From Thermodesulfobacteriota bacterium (GTDB lineage: Bacteria; Desulfobacterota_D; UBA1144; Nemesobacterales; UBA2774), in contig JBGSVA010000028.1 in assembly GCA_041753155.1 (NCBI GenBank), positions 11,960-75,959 of the forward strand: a DNA stretch of 64,000 bases, in the 5' to 3' direction. The notes beneath the pieces were generated by a model, which worked only from the letters and a program-made list of their open reading frames with translations, was not told the DNA's origin and did not search any database. This document shows positions 39,660 through 50,666 of this stretch, piece by piece; positions within the stretch are counted from its first letter, which is position 1; each line of letters starts with the position of its first letter. The translations under genes and the position numbers were made by a program.

Positions 39660-40718
39660 ATGAGAATATTGGTCACAGGACACAGAGGATATATAGGTGC
39701 CGTTTTGGTGCCCATGCTGCTGAAAGCGGGGCATGAGGTTACCGGACTCGATAGCGATCTTTACGAGGGATGCGATTTCGGCAATTTCCAGTCGGATGTC
39801 CCGTTTATAAGGAAAGATATACGGGACGTCGAGGTTGACGATCTTGAAGGGTACGACGCCGTTTTGCACCTGGCCGGACTGTCGAATGATCCCCTTGGAG
39901 ACCTTAATCCGCGATTGACTTACGAGATTAACTATTTGGCGTCCCTGAATCTCGCCAGGTTGGCCAAGACCGTCGGGATAGAGCGTTTCGTCTTTTCCTC
40001 GTCTTGCAGTAACTATGGAGCTTCGGGAGAAAACATTATAGATGAGGAAGCCGAATTCAAGCCGGTTACTCCGTATGGCCGTTCAAAAGTCCTTGTCGAA
40101 CGAACTGTATCCGGTCTGGCGGACTCGGGATTCAGCCCGACCTTTCTGAGAAATGCAACGGCTTATGGTCTTTCCCCGCGTCTTCGCTTCGACCTGGTGC
40201 TGAATAACCTGGTTGCCTGGGCGTACACGACCGGCGAGGTGCATCTGAAGAGCGACGGGACTCCCTGGCGCCCGATTGTCCATATTGAGGATATATCCCG
40301 TGCATTCATTGCGGTTCTCAACGCACCTCGCGAGCTTGTGCACAACGAGGCGTTTAATGTAGGAACCAGGGAGGAGAATTATCAGATTAGAGAACTGGCG
40401 GAAATCGTGAAAGAAACCGTGCCGGGCTCCCGTATCGACTTTGCCGAGGGAGCCGGACCCGATAAGCGGTGCTACCGTGTGGACTGCGGTAAGTTGAAGC
40501 GGACCCTGCCGGAATTCGAGCCCATATGGAATGCAAGGCTGGGAGCAGAGCAGTTATACGAGGCGTATAAACGGATCGGGCTCAGGCTCGAAGATTTCGA
40601 AGGGCCTAGATACAAGCGCATAGATCATATAAAGGAGCTTATAGCAAATAGAGAATTGGGTCCCGATTTGCGCTGGAATGAGATTGAAGAACCAAAAACT
40701 GCAGCATCTGCGGAGTGA
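39660..40718 (+). CDS. NAD-dependent epimerase/dehydratase (extended SDR), probable CDP-sugar modifying enzyme
   Basis: [16 protein letters not shown] (Rossmann GxxGxxG variant). Catalytic SSCSNYG...[10 protein letters not shown] (YxxxK). Located directly after rfbF. Confidence 0.75.
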   Translation: MRILVTGHRGYIGAVLVPMLLKAGHEVTGLDSDLYEGCDFGNFQSDVPFIRKDIRDVEVDDLEGYDAVLHLAGLSNDPLGDLNPRLTYEINYLASLNLARLAKTVGIERFVFSSSCSNYGASGENIIDEEAEFKPVTPYGRSKVLVERTVSGLADSGFSPTFLRNATAYGLSPRLRFDLVLNNLVAWAYTTGEVHLKSDGTPWRPIVHIEDISRAFIAVLNAPRELVHNEAFNVGTREENYQIRELAEIVKETVPGSRIDFAEGAGPDKRCYRVDCGKLKRTLPEFEPIWNARLGAEQLYEAYKRIGLRLEDFEGPRYKRIDHIKELIANRELGPDLRWNEIEEPKTAASAE

Positions 40719-40723
40719 TAAAG

Positions 40724-41956
40724 ATGGTATACGAAAATATTTCAAAATGCCGTTCATGCGGCCATAACGAACTTGATCTGGTGATCTCATTCGGCGAGAC
40801 ACCGCTTGCGGACAGGCTTCTGACCCCTGACAGCTTGAATCGTTCGGAATTGAAAGTACCGCTCGATCTGGTTTTTTGTCCCAATTGCTCCCTTGTGCAG
40901 ATTACGGAAACGGTATCGCCGGAGATACTCTTCTGCCAGGACTACCCCTATTTCTCTTCGACATCGGAGACGCTTCTCCGCCATTCTCGAGAGAATGCCG
41001 TGGAGCTGATCGTATCGAGGCATCTTGACTCCGAGAGCTTAGTAATCGAGGTCGCGAGCAATGACGGCTACATGCTTAGAAACTTTGTTGAATGTGATAT
41101 CCCTGTTCTGGGTATTGATCCTGCACGGGGTCCTGCCGGCGCGGCAAGGAAAGCGGGGATCCACACGCTCTGTACGTTTTTCAATACGGACCTCGGAAAG
41201 ATGCTGGCTGACAACGATATGCTTGCCGATGTTGTTATCGCCAATAACGTGCTCGCCCACGTGGCTGATCTGAACGGGTTCGTCGAGGCCATAAAAATAG
41301 TTTTAAAAGATGACGGCTGCGCCGTCATCGAGGTCCCGTATTTATCCGATCTGATTCAGAAATGTGAATTCGACACCATCTATCATCAGCATCTATGTTA
41401 CTTTTCGGTTACGGCGCTCGACAGGCTTTTCAGGGCGCGCGGGTTTTATCTTAACAAAGTCAGAAGAATTCCGATACACGGGGGCTCCCTTCGTCTATTT
41501 GTGGAGAAGCATGAATGCGTGGATAAGAGTGTCGTGCAGATGTTAAAAGAGGAGCGTGATGCGGGGATGAATGATCTGGATTTCTATTCCAGGTTTGCAG
41601 ATCGGGTAGATGTTATCCGGAACGCTCTCTCTGTGATGATCAGGGAAATCAAGGAAAACAACATGAGAATTGCTGCATACGGTGCAGCCGCTAAGGCTAC
41701 GACGCTGCTTAGTTACTGTGGGATCGGCAGGGATTACCTGGAATATATAGTGGATTTAAATACATTCAAACACGGACGGTACATGGGAGGGAGCCATTTA
41801 CCCATACTTCCCACTCACAAATTGCTCGACGACATGCCGGATTATGTTTTGTTGCTGGCCTGGAATTTTGCCGAGGAAATCTTGAGACAACAAGAAGCGT
41901 ATATTCAGAGAGGTGGAAAGTTTATTGTCCCTATCCCGCATCCTACTGTTCTCTAG
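40724..41956 (+). CDS. Zinc-ribbon / class I SAM methyltransferase with a C-methyltransferase-type C-terminal domain (TylC3/NovU-like architecture)
   Basis: RBS GGAG. N-terminal [10 protein letters not shown]...CPNCSLVQ. MTase motif [17 protein letters not shown]-terminal Rossmann-like block [14 protein letters not shown]...[23 protein letters not shown]. Confidence 0.75.
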   Translation: MVYENISKCRSCGHNELDLVISFGETPLADRLLTPDSLNRSELKVPLDLVFCPNCSLVQITETVSPEILFCQDYPYFSSTSETLLRHSRENAVELIVSRHLDSESLVIEVASNDGYMLRNFVECDIPVLGIDPARGPAGAARKAGIHTLCTFFNTDLGKMLADNDMLADVVIANNVLAHVADLNGFVEAIKIVLKDDGCAVIEVPYLSDLIQKCEFDTIYHQHLCYFSVTALDRLFRARGFYLNKVRRIPIHGGSLRLFVEKHECVDKSVVQMLKEERDAGMNDLDFYSRFADRVDVIRNALSVMIREIKENNMRIAAYGAAAKATTLLSYCGIGRDYLEYIVDLNTFKHGRYMGGSHLPILPTHKLLDDMPDYVLLLAWNFAEEILRQQEAYIQRGGKFIVPIPHPTVL

Positions 41957-42073
41957 ACGTAATGACGGGGAATATCCCGCATATGTATTACTTGATGACA
42001 AGCCGGAATATTTGTGTCGATCACATGGAATTATGCATAGGGACTACTAAACCAGCGGGAAACCCGGAGACGG

Positions 42074-43219
42074 ATGAGAAGAAGTTCATTGTACCGCTTC
42101 CGTATGCGTCTGTCATTCAGTGGATTAAAACATAATATGTATACATCAATGCTGCATAGATTGTACAGAAGAGGAGTGTCAAAATTCTTCAATAGCATTC
42201 CAAGAAATAAATTTGTGCATGGCGTTACCGAGGGGCTTCAATTTGATGAGCTCAACGAATTGTGTCTTGATTACATTAAACATCCGTTAAAGGATGTTTC
42301 GTATTGCCACCTATCGGGCTGGAAAAAATCGAATACATATCGATTGTTGCTTGAAACAGAGAAAGGAGATAATTGGAGTTTAATCTATAAAAATGCCCTA
42401 TACCGGCAGGATATAATCCCAGCCCTTAACAATTTCCCGATAAATCCCGGACCCCCGGAATATGCAATATACAGTAATGCCGATGGAGAGATTATTAAAT
42501 ATCTTCCAACAATTTACAGATGCCGTGAAATACATACCGGCTCGCATTACATGTATCTGATGCAGGATTTGAATGCGAATTACAGACCGGCCGGAGGTAA
42601 GAGAGATATACTTTGCATATCTGCCGAATTGACCAAATTGTACGGCATCTTCGGGGACTATAGGTTCGATGAAGATTCATTGATTCTATATAACAGGGAA
42701 TTATCCGCGAGGCTTCAAGCCTACATCATCGGCAACCTGGAGCGTTATGTCAGTGTGACAAATAGTAAAACCGTTTCTGCGGTTTGTAGAAATTGGCAGA
42801 AAATTGCCGGCTTGTACGAAGATAAATACGATTATTTCCGGCTAAACTCGATAATCCACGGTGATTCGAACCTCGCAAATATACTTGTACACAGAAAATA
42901 TGGTGACAGGATAAAATTTATAGACTGGGAATGGGCGGGGGTAGGGCTTCCTCATCAGGACCTCGCATCTCTCCTTAAAAGAGCAAAGCCAAACGTAGAG
43001 GAAGACGCACTTGAAATTTTCTCAAAAAACAATCGCTCCATTTCTATCGGTGAGCATAAAAGATTGTATGAGGTCTGTCAGATGGAGCGCGGTCTGATAG
43101 ATTCTGCCTTCTTTGCCAATCAGAGCGCAAACTCTACCGACAGGACGAAAATCGATATCGTGGGTTACATCGAAGATTCCGCATCAAGGGTCATGAGAGC
43201 TTATTATAAGTTGGTATAG
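42074..43219 (+). CDS. APH/CotS/choline-kinase-like small-molecule kinase
   Basis: IIHGDSNLANILV (HGDxxxxN catalytic loop) and FIDWEWAG (DFG-equivalent). Confidence 0.7.
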   Translation: MRRSSLYRFRMRLSFSGLKHNMYTSMLHRLYRRGVSKFFNSIPRNKFVHGVTEGLQFDELNELCLDYIKHPLKDVSYCHLSGWKKSNTYRLLLETEKGDNWSLIYKNALYRQDIIPALNNFPINPGPPEYAIYSNADGEIIKYLPTIYRCREIHTGSHYMYLMQDLNANYRPAGGKRDILCISAELTKLYGIFGDYRFDEDSLILYNRELSARLQAYIIGNLERYVSVTNSKTVSAVCRNWQKIAGLYEDKYDYFRLNSIIHGDSNLANILVHRKYGDRIKFIDWEWAGVGLPHQDLASLLKRAKPNVEEDALEIFSKNNRSISIGEHKRLYEVCQMERGLIDSAFFANQSANSTDRTKIDIVGYIEDSASRVMRAYYKLV

Positions 43220-43283
43220 GGACTTAACCTTTTTCTCTTAAAAACGTATATTTTCGAATTTTTAAGAATTTTAATATCAGATC

Positions 43284-44348
43284 ATGTTTGAGACTGACGA
43301 GTTCGAACTTTGGAATTTAGCCCCTGAAAGCACAGCCATAATCGGGGCTCAAAGAATATTTAATGTTCTTGGACGATTAAAACACCCCGAAAAAATTAAA
43401 AGAGCCACATATTCCATTAACAACGATCCCGAAAGAGCAATTTTTTTTAAATACTTGGAAAACAAATCCGAGAGGCTCATGTGTCCGGGCGATTTTAACA
43501 TAGATACGATACTAATTGAGGATCTCGGTCCTGAAAACCAAATACGCTTCAGATTAGACCTTGGCTCGGAAGAAAAGGAATATATAATCGGCTTCTCGAC
43601 ATATTTTACAAATGGGAAACTTCCGTATTATCGGCTCGACTTGTCAGCCGCAAATTATCCGCATGAGGTCGGACAGATTGTCGACGGTAAATGGCAACGG
43701 AGGAGAGATGAACGATCCGAGCCTTGTCTCGAAATTCTGAAACAGGATTCGGGGCACGACCGAATAATACTCTTCGGACGCCATGACTGGACTTCAGGTT
43801 ATGAAATTACGGCGAGGCTCTGTGTAACTGCCTGGACGCACGTTACACATAATGTGGGGTTGCTTTTTAAGTGGAACCCTCATCTACAGGGAGACGGCAC
43901 TTGCCTGCCTATTCAGTGGACAACAGGGTTGGGATATTATTATTCTCTGTCCAAGGGGCTGAGAATCCGTTTCGGTCGTAATGTGCATTTCGATAGTAAC
44001 GGCAATAAACGGGGCGATTATGTCTTGAAGGAAAAACCTCTTTCACCTTATTATTATGTCAAAGGAAACATAATTAAGCTTTACCGCTGGTTTTTGAAGC
44101 TGATAAAAGTTAATTCTCCGTTTACGTATGATCCATTTTCCCAAATTATTCCCGGAAGAAAGTATCTGTTCAGAATGTTAGTTCATCCTGAAAAATATAC
44201 CCTTACAGTATGGGAAGAAGGGAAGAATGAGCCGTCCCCTCAGTTAGAAGTAAAAAAGCCTGTTGAAATTCTTCCCAAAGGGTCGGTCGGGATAATCGCC
44301 TATAATTGCGGTGTGAGAGTTTATGACTTCCAAGTTTCTCCGGTTTAA
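43284..44348 (+). CDS. Hypothetical cytoplasmic protein; possible concanavalin-like (LamG/DUF1080-like) beta-sandwich
   Basis: No signal peptide. C-terminal KGSVGIIAYNCGVRVYDFQVSPV resembles the terminal strand of DUF1080/LamG jelly-roll domains. Weak call. Confidence 0.4.
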   Translation: MFETDEFELWNLAPESTAIIGAQRIFNVLGRLKHPEKIKRATYSINNDPERAIFFKYLENKSERLMCPGDFNIDTILIEDLGPENQIRFRLDLGSEEKEYIIGFSTYFTNGKLPYYRLDLSAANYPHEVGQIVDGKWQRRRDERSEPCLEILKQDSGHDRIILFGRHDWTSGYEITARLCVTAWTHVTHNVGLLFKWNPHLQGDGTCLPIQWTTGLGYYYSLSKGLRIRFGRNVHFDSNGNKRGDYVLKEKPLSPYYYVKGNIIKLYRWFLKLIKVNSPFTYDPFSQIIPGRKYLFRMLVHPEKYTLTVWEEGKNEPSPQLEVKKPVEILPKGSVGIIAYNCGVRVYDFQVSPV

Positions 44349-44410
44349 ATTGTTACAAAATATGAATGCGAACAGGTATGAAACGTGACGAGTTCAATAC
44401 AGAGGATCTT

Positions 44411-45964
44411 ATGAAGGGGCTTAATTGTTACCGTAATGTGTTTGTGGCCCTCGTGATTTTCTCTTTGTTGGTCAGAACTGTATCCGAAGCGGAAGAGTTT
44501 CACCAACCCCATGATTCGAAATATCTTATCTTAATGATAAGTGATGGTTGGGGGATAAAACACATAGAGGCAACGGGTAAATACACCGGCCGTACTCCGG
44601 TGTATCAGTCATGGGACTTACATTGGATGTCGACCTTCCCGGCGGGCGGGAGCTATGACCCGGATTCTGTTTGGTCGGACTTTGACTATCTAAAAAGCGG
44701 GGCGACCGACAGTTCCGCATCGGCGACCGCATTATATACCGGTCTTAAAACCAAACCTTCAATGCTTGGCGTATCGCCCGAGAGTCAACGGTTGTTTACA
44801 ATTGCGGAAAAGGCCAGGATGCTTTATATGGCTGTCGGTGCCGTAAGTACGGTACAAATATCACATGCGACTCCCGGCGCCTGGTACGCACACAATGATT
44901 ACCGGTTTAACTCTTATGCGATAGCGGAGGAGGGACTTTTCGGAGACCCTCAAGCGACTTACGACAAATGGGATTGGAACCAACGAGTAAGACATTTCGC
45001 TCAAACCGTTTTTAAATGGTTGCCGAGATCGCGGAAAGTATTTAAGGACTTATATTCCGGAGATTATGGCCCCTCTCAGCCAGTTGACGTATTAATCGGC
45101 GCTGACGGCACTGGTTACTCGGGTGAGAGTTATCTAAATGATTACATCCGTGAGAAGCTTAGGAAGGAGAGCTCGCAGCCTGATAAACATATTTTCATTG
45201 AGAGCGTTGGCGGAGAATATAACGGGGCGCGTCTCATGGAACTGTCTGAAAACAGTAATATTGCGAGACTTGTTGGTATATTCGGACACGGTTACCGTTT
45301 AGCCGACGGGTCTGGATATAATCCCGAAAACCCTACGCTTGCCGAAATGACCGCATCGGCATTAACGGTGCTCGTTCGTAACCCTAATGGTTTCGTATTA
45401 CTTGTCGAGGGGGGAGCGGTCGATTATGCGGGACATGACAATAATATGGACCGGTTAATAGGAGAACAAACCGAATTTGACGAAGCTGTGCAAGCGGTCG
45501 TTGATTGGGTCGAAGACCCTTCTAATGGCAGCAATTGGAATAATACTCTTGTCATTGTTACCGGAGACCATGAGACCGGTTACCTTACCGCCGGTCCCGG
45601 TGTATTCCCGAATCAGCCGCTCGGTGAAGTTAGCGGCAGAACCGTATCTTTAGAGAAAGAGATGGAAGGGAGTTGTTGCCGCGCCAGCTGGGAAGACGGC
45701 GATAATAATAATATGCTTGATGAAGACGAAACCGTATACTGGGCCTGGAATACGCGCAGCCATACAAATAATCTGGTGCCTCTGTATGCAAAAGGTCTGG
45801 GCTCGGGACTATTCGCGACCTTTGCAATAAATATCGATCCCGTGCGCGGGCCCTACGTCGATAATACAGATGTTCATAAGGTTATGGATGCTGTAATATC
45901 GCGTCCAATATCAAGGAACAGTATTGATATGAACTTAGCCGACACCCAGCATCAGCCACAATAG
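44411..45964 (+). CDS. Alkaline phosphatase (PhoA family), secreted
   Basis: RBS AGAGGA. Signal peptide MKGLNCYRNVFVALVIFSLLVRTVSEA. ILMISDGWG. Active-site region TDSSASATALYTG (PhoA DSAASATA). VTGDHETG. Confidence 0.75.
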   Translation: MKGLNCYRNVFVALVIFSLLVRTVSEAEEFHQPHDSKYLILMISDGWGIKHIEATGKYTGRTPVYQSWDLHWMSTFPAGGSYDPDSVWSDFDYLKSGATDSSASATALYTGLKTKPSMLGVSPESQRLFTIAEKARMLYMAVGAVSTVQISHATPGAWYAHNDYRFNSYAIAEEGLFGDPQATYDKWDWNQRVRHFAQTVFKWLPRSRKVFKDLYSGDYGPSQPVDVLIGADGTGYSGESYLNDYIREKLRKESSQPDKHIFIESVGGEYNGARLMELSENSNIARLVGIFGHGYRLADGSGYNPENPTLAEMTASALTVLVRNPNGFVLLVEGGAVDYAGHDNNMDRLIGEQTEFDEAVQAVVDWVEDPSNGSNWNNTLVIVTGDHETGYLTAGPGVFPNQPLGEVSGRTVSLEKEMEGSCCRASWEDGDNNNMLDEDETVYWAWNTRSHTNNLVPLYAKGLGSGLFATFAINIDPVRGPYVDNTDVHKVMDAVISRPISRNSIDMNLADTQHQPQ

Positions 45965-46096
45965 GAGTATACGCATGCAGCAAGCTAAAGAAACCAGGTG
46001 TTTAGGTATACCGGATTAATAATAAATTTGTTGTAGCGCAGTGCAGCTATCTTTTTGCCCCATCCTGTCAGCTAAAGGTTAATATCAAAAACAGTT

Positions 46097-48337
46097 ATGA
46101 CATTATATATTACTCTAGCGCCTATCACTCTTATATATATTTTTTTGTCTCTTTTGTCTTGCGGGAATGACTCCGGTGGTGAGAAAAGTGAATGGCCATA
46201 TCTCTCAAGCAAGCACGGTGACATTCCCAAGCCCGGGCCGTCTAAACAACAAACTGCAAGCCTGATATTCGATGCTGATAACGATAGCGTTAATGATTTT
46301 GTAATAGGCAGCCGGCGGAAGGGACCCTCCGTTTTCCTTTATAGTCGCTCAGCGGACGGATGGAAGAAATACATTATAGAGGATGATACTCTTCCAATCG
46401 AGGCCGGTGGAGCTTTCTACGACATGGACGGTGACGGCGACCTTGATATTGTTTTAGGGGCTGATGCGTCGGATAACAAAATATGGTGGTGGGAAAATCC
46501 CTACCCGGATTTTGACCCGGAAATACCATGGAAGAGGTACATTTTAAAAGATACCGGCGCAAAAAAACATCACGATCAAATCTTCGGAGACTTTGACGGA
46601 GACGGGCAGGCGGAACTGGTTTTCTGGAATCAGGGTGCTAACAAGCTTTTCATATCGGATATTCCCTCAGATCCGAAAAATACGGAGCCTTGGCCCTATA
46701 CCGAAATATTTACGAGTGAGTCCGAATCCGAAGGCCTCGCATCGGGAGACATCGATCTGGACGGCAAGCGGGACATTGTGGGAGGGGGGCGCTGGTTTAA
46801 ACACCTCGGAGGAAATCTCTACGAGCCTGAGATCATAGACGACGACCAACGATTTTCACGGGCTGCCGTTGGCCAATTAATTAAAGGGGGGCGGCCGGAG
46901 GTTTTATTTGTCGTAGGTGATGGGGTAGGGTTCCTAAAGTGGTATGAATGGGAAGATGGCAGGTGGACAGGGCACGATCTGCTGGAAATTGAAGTCGATC
47001 ACGGGCACTCGATTGAAATCGAAGATATGGACGGGGACGGGAATCCGGATATCTTCTGTGCGGAAATGAGGCTCGACGGTAAGAACGAAGATGCGAAAAC
47101 ATGGATATTTTACGGCGACGGCGGCGGCAACTTTACGAAAAGAGAGATTGCTGCCGGGTTCGACAATCATGAATCGAAGGTAGGCGATCTGGACGGCGAC
47201 GGCGATCCCGATATTCTAGTTAAACCCTACAACTGGGATACCCCCCGTATAGATATACTGCTTAACAATTGGGGTTGGAAACGCCACGTGATTGATGCGG
47301 ATAAGCCTTGGCGTAGCATATTTATTACATCAGCTGACCTGGATGGAGACGGGGAAAAAGACATTATCACGGGTGGCTTCTGGTATAAGAATCCCGGTTC
47401 AATCGATGGAAAATGGGAACGCATTCCGATCGGCGGATCATGTAATAATATGGCCCTGGTTTTTGATTTTGACGGTGACGGGTATATGGACATCTTGTGC
47501 ACCGAAGGTAAGGGTTCTGATCCCAATTCCACTCTCTTATGGGCCCGGAATGACGGCTCCGGAAATTTTGATATGATGAAAAATATCCCCGGAGCCGATG
47601 GAGATTTCCTGCAGGGTGTTGCCGCGGCTCGTTCTCAAAACGGAACGATTCAAATTGCGCTTTCCTGGCACGAAGAGGGTAAGGGGATTCAGATGTTGAC
47701 TGTCCCGTCGGACCCTTCAGGTGATCGGTGGAGCATGCTAAAAGTATCCGATTTTTCTCAGGATGAGGCCTTGAGCTCAGGGGATATAGACCGGGATGGT
47801 GATGCGGACATACTCCTGGGTACGAAGTGGCTCCGGAATAACGGTTCGTCCTGGGAGGTTATGACGATATTCGACACAGACGGTCCCCCCGACCGCAATA
47901 TTCTCGCGGATATCAACCGGGACGGTAAGCTCGATGCAGTGGTTGGATTCGAAGCGATCAGCAAACCCGGAAAGCTCGTTTGGTATGAGCAAAATGGCCA
48001 TCCGTCGGCTCCCCTGTGGGAGGAACACCTGATCGGGGTAATAACGGGGCCTATGAGTCTCGATGTCGGGGATTTAGATAACGACGGAGACCTCGACGTC
48101 GTTGCAGGTGAGCACAATATCGAGGAGCCGTCGAGGGCGAAGCTCTACTTCTTTGAAAATGAAGACGGCAGAGGGACAAGCTGGGTAAGACACATAGTAC
48201 ATATAGGTGACGAGCATCACGACGGTGCTCAGCTCGTGGATATTGACGGTGACGGGGACCTCGATATCATCTCGATCGGCTGGACTCATCCGAATGTAAT
48301 TCTTTATGAAAATAAACCGCATCTGCAAACCCAATAA
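46097..48337 (+). CDS. FG-GAP/VCBS-repeat beta-propeller lipoprotein
   Basis: Lipobox LSLLSCG. More than 10 Ca-binding-loop repeats of type DxDGDGxxDIhhG (DMDGDGDLDIVLGA, DFDGDGQAELVFWN, DLDGDGDPDILVK, DIDGDGDLDIISIG, and others). Confidence 0.8.
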   Translation: MTLYITLAPITLIYIFLSLLSCGNDSGGEKSEWPYLSSKHGDIPKPGPSKQQTASLIFDADNDSVNDFVIGSRRKGPSVFLYSRSADGWKKYIIEDDTLPIEAGGAFYDMDGDGDLDIVLGADASDNKIWWWENPYPDFDPEIPWKRYILKDTGAKKHHDQIFGDFDGDGQAELVFWNQGANKLFISDIPSDPKNTEPWPYTEIFTSESESEGLASGDIDLDGKRDIVGGGRWFKHLGGNLYEPEIIDDDQRFSRAAVGQLIKGGRPEVLFVVGDGVGFLKWYEWEDGRWTGHDLLEIEVDHGHSIEIEDMDGDGNPDIFCAEMRLDGKNEDAKTWIFYGDGGGNFTKREIAAGFDNHESKVGDLDGDGDPDILVKPYNWDTPRIDILLNNWGWKRHVIDADKPWRSIFITSADLDGDGEKDIITGGFWYKNPGSIDGKWERIPIGGSCNNMALVFDFDGDGYMDILCTEGKGSDPNSTLLWARNDGSGNFDMMKNIPGADGDFLQGVAAARSQNGTIQIALSWHEEGKGIQMLTVPSDPSGDRWSMLKVSDFSQDEALSSGDIDRDGDADILLGTKWLRNNGSSWEVMTIFDTDGPPDRNILADINRDGKLDAVVGFEAISKPGKLVWYEQNGHPSAPLWEEHLIGVITGPMSLDVGDLDNDGDLDVVAGEHNIEEPSRAKLYFFENEDGRGTSWVRHIVHIGDEHHDGAQLVDIDGDGDLDIISIGWTHPNVILYENKPHLQTQ

Positions 48338-48494
48338 ATATATTCTAATAAAGAATGAAACCGGAATCAGTTAATTTTGATAATTTACATTTCGATTTCG
48401 GCGTTCAGTACTCTTTACTGTGTATGTAGCAGTAAATTTTTTGTAAATATTAACTGGATTTTCGGCTTCGATATCAAAGCTGAGGCTAATTAAT

Positions 48495-49595
48495 ATGCCG
48501 GTAAAAGGGAAAACATCTTCCAAAATTATCCTGGTCATGATGTCGATAATCTTTACATTGATTTTCGCGGAGATTATCTTGAGATATTATTATTTCGGCA
48601 AGCTTTCGATTGTGAATACCAATGCCGACCGTCTGAAGTTTTATCGTGAGGACGAAAAACTAGGTTGGTCCCCGATCCCAAAATCAGAAGGACATTTCTC
48701 AAATCCGAGACAGGGACTTAATGCTTATATTAAGCATAACGCAAATGGGATAAGAGTAAACGATAATTCCTTTGAAAGCAGGGGAAAGTCCATATTGATA
48801 GTTGGCGACTCTGTAACTGCCGGTTTTGAAGTGGACAATAATGAAACATATTCTGCAATTTTAGAAAAGCTCTTTTTTGAAAACGGTTGCAATTACCGAG
48901 TTTATAATGCTGGGGTAAGCGGTTATGGAACTGACCAATCATTGTGGAACCTGGAAAGACTGTTAAGCATTGTCAGACCTGATTATGTTATTTACATGTT
49001 TACCAGTAATGATTTCGTTGATAATAGAAGAATTAAAAAAGCTAACACGAAATGGGGAAAACCGACATTCGTGTTAAGTAAAGGGGAGCTCATTTTAAAG
49101 AACGGGCCTTCGAGGAAATTTGAGATTTCTTATTTCGCTTACGTTAATTATGCCGATGAAGGCTATGAAATTACTGAGGGATATATAAATGAACCACTTC
49201 GAATGACTATGCAATTTATTAAAGATAATCTTGCTCTGTTTTATCCCTTAAAAACTATATATTCATTCTTACAAATTTCTCAGGAGAGTCGTATGGAGAA
49301 ACAAGCTGTCTATGAAGACTTCAAAATTCTGGAGCTGATATTAAAAAAAATGAAACGACCTGAAGTTGAATTGTATTTTACGTCATATCCTTCTGAAGAT
49401 TTAAAAGTATACGTTAAAGATTTCAGAAGAATAGCGGACAAACTCAACATATCATACCTGAATATTTATCCTTATTTCCCCGGACAATTGGAGAAATATC
49501 ATTGGAAGAAGGATACGCACTGGAACGAGAAAGGTCATCACCAAGCGGCGACTGCGTTGTATGATCTTCTGAAACCGCGCTTGTGCAAGCAATAG
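48495..49595 (+). CDS. Membrane-anchored SGNH/GDSL-family hydrolase (polysaccharide O-acyl esterase/transferase-like), paralog A
   Basis: N-terminal TM IILVMMSIIFTLIFAEIILRY. Block I ILIVGDSVTAGF, block III YNAGVSGYGTDQ, block V KKDTHWNEKGH. Confidence 0.7.
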   Translation: MPVKGKTSSKIILVMMSIIFTLIFAEIILRYYYFGKLSIVNTNADRLKFYREDEKLGWSPIPKSEGHFSNPRQGLNAYIKHNANGIRVNDNSFESRGKSILIVGDSVTAGFEVDNNETYSAILEKLFFENGCNYRVYNAGVSGYGTDQSLWNLERLLSIVRPDYVIYMFTSNDFVDNRRIKKANTKWGKPTFVLSKGELILKNGPSRKFEISYFAYVNYADEGYEITEGYINEPLRMTMQFIKDNLALFYPLKTIYSFLQISQESRMEKQAVYEDFKILELILKKMKRPEVELYFTSYPSEDLKVYVKDFRRIADKLNISYLNIYPYFPGQLEKYHWKKDTHWNEKGHHQAATALYDLLKPRLCKQ

Positions 49596-49688
49596 GTGCC
49601 GAGCTTAGCGTTCTGTAGGCGCTATTTGTTAAAAATAATTACAACTAACAGGGTGTGACAAATTCATCACAAGAGGAGTGGAGTATAT

Positions 49689-50666
49689 ATGAAGTCCAGG
49701 AAAACCCTTAAAAATTTACTCGCCATTATGATTATATTGGTAGTCCTCTTTGCAATATGCGAAGCATTCATCAGAGTCTATCTTCACTACAACACTGTTT
49801 ACGATATAGAGATGACCCGCTACGCAATGAATGTAAAGGAGGATTCTGAGAACCCAAAAATAGGACACGTACACAAACCCGGGAGCAATATGGAGCTCAT
49901 GGACGTGAACGTATCAATAAATTCGGATGGGCTCAGAGACAGGGATTATCCCATAGAGAGGGGGGACGCTTTCAGGATGATATTCCTCGGAGACTCGCTA
50001 ACGTTCGGCTGGGGGGTCGAGCATGAAGACACGTTCCAGAACATACTTGAGGAGAAGATCGATAAAGCCGCGCCAACAGAGATCATAAACTTCGGCACCG
50101 GGAACTACAACACGGAGCAAGAAGTAAACTTGTTTTTCGAAAAGGGGGTTAAATACAATCCCGACAAGGTGGTGCTCTTTTACTTCATTAACGACGCCGA
50201 GGCCACACCCGAGAAATCGGGTCTCTGGTTCCTCGGCCACTCGCACCTTATATCCTTTTACTGGTCCAGGATCAACTCTCTTATGAACAATATTTTCGCC
50301 TCAAAAAGCTATAAAGACTATTATACTGCCCTTTACATGGACGATCAGAAGGGGTGGATAAATTCCAAAAAGGCTATGCTTGAGCTCAGGGACTATTGCC
50401 TTGAGAACGCCATCGCAATCCAGGTGGTACTCCTGCCCGAGCTCCATGATACGAATAACCTTATATTCGGCGAAGTATATAATAAAATATCGCTTTTTCT
50501 ACAGCAGAGCGGAATAGAGTACATGAGTTTGGCAAAGCTATTCTCAGACCATGGGGATCAAATGGAACTGTGGGTTAGCTACGACGATGCTCACCCCAAT
50601 AACCTCGCCCATGGTAAGATTGCTGAAACGTTAGTGGAATTCATTTCTGAAAAGGAGACAAAATAA
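49689..50666 (+). CDS. Membrane-anchored SGNH/GDSL-family hydrolase, paralog B
   Basis: RBS AGAGGAG. TM LLAIMIILVVLFAICEAFI. MIFLGDSLTFGWG (GDS block), FGTGNYNT, YDDAHPNN (DxxH). Confidence 0.75.
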   Translation: MKSRKTLKNLLAIMIILVVLFAICEAFIRVYLHYNTVYDIEMTRYAMNVKEDSENPKIGHVHKPGSNMELMDVNVSINSDGLRDRDYPIERGDAFRMIFLGDSLTFGWGVEHEDTFQNILEEKIDKAAPTEIINFGTGNYNTEQEVNLFFEKGVKYNPDKVVLFYFINDAEATPEKSGLWFLGHSHLISFYWSRINSLMNNIFASKSYKDYYTALYMDDQKGWINSKKAMLELRDYCLENAIAIQVVLLPELHDTNNLIFGEVYNKISLFLQQSGIEYMSLAKLFSDHGDQMELWVSYDDAHPNNLAHGKIAETLVEFISEKETK

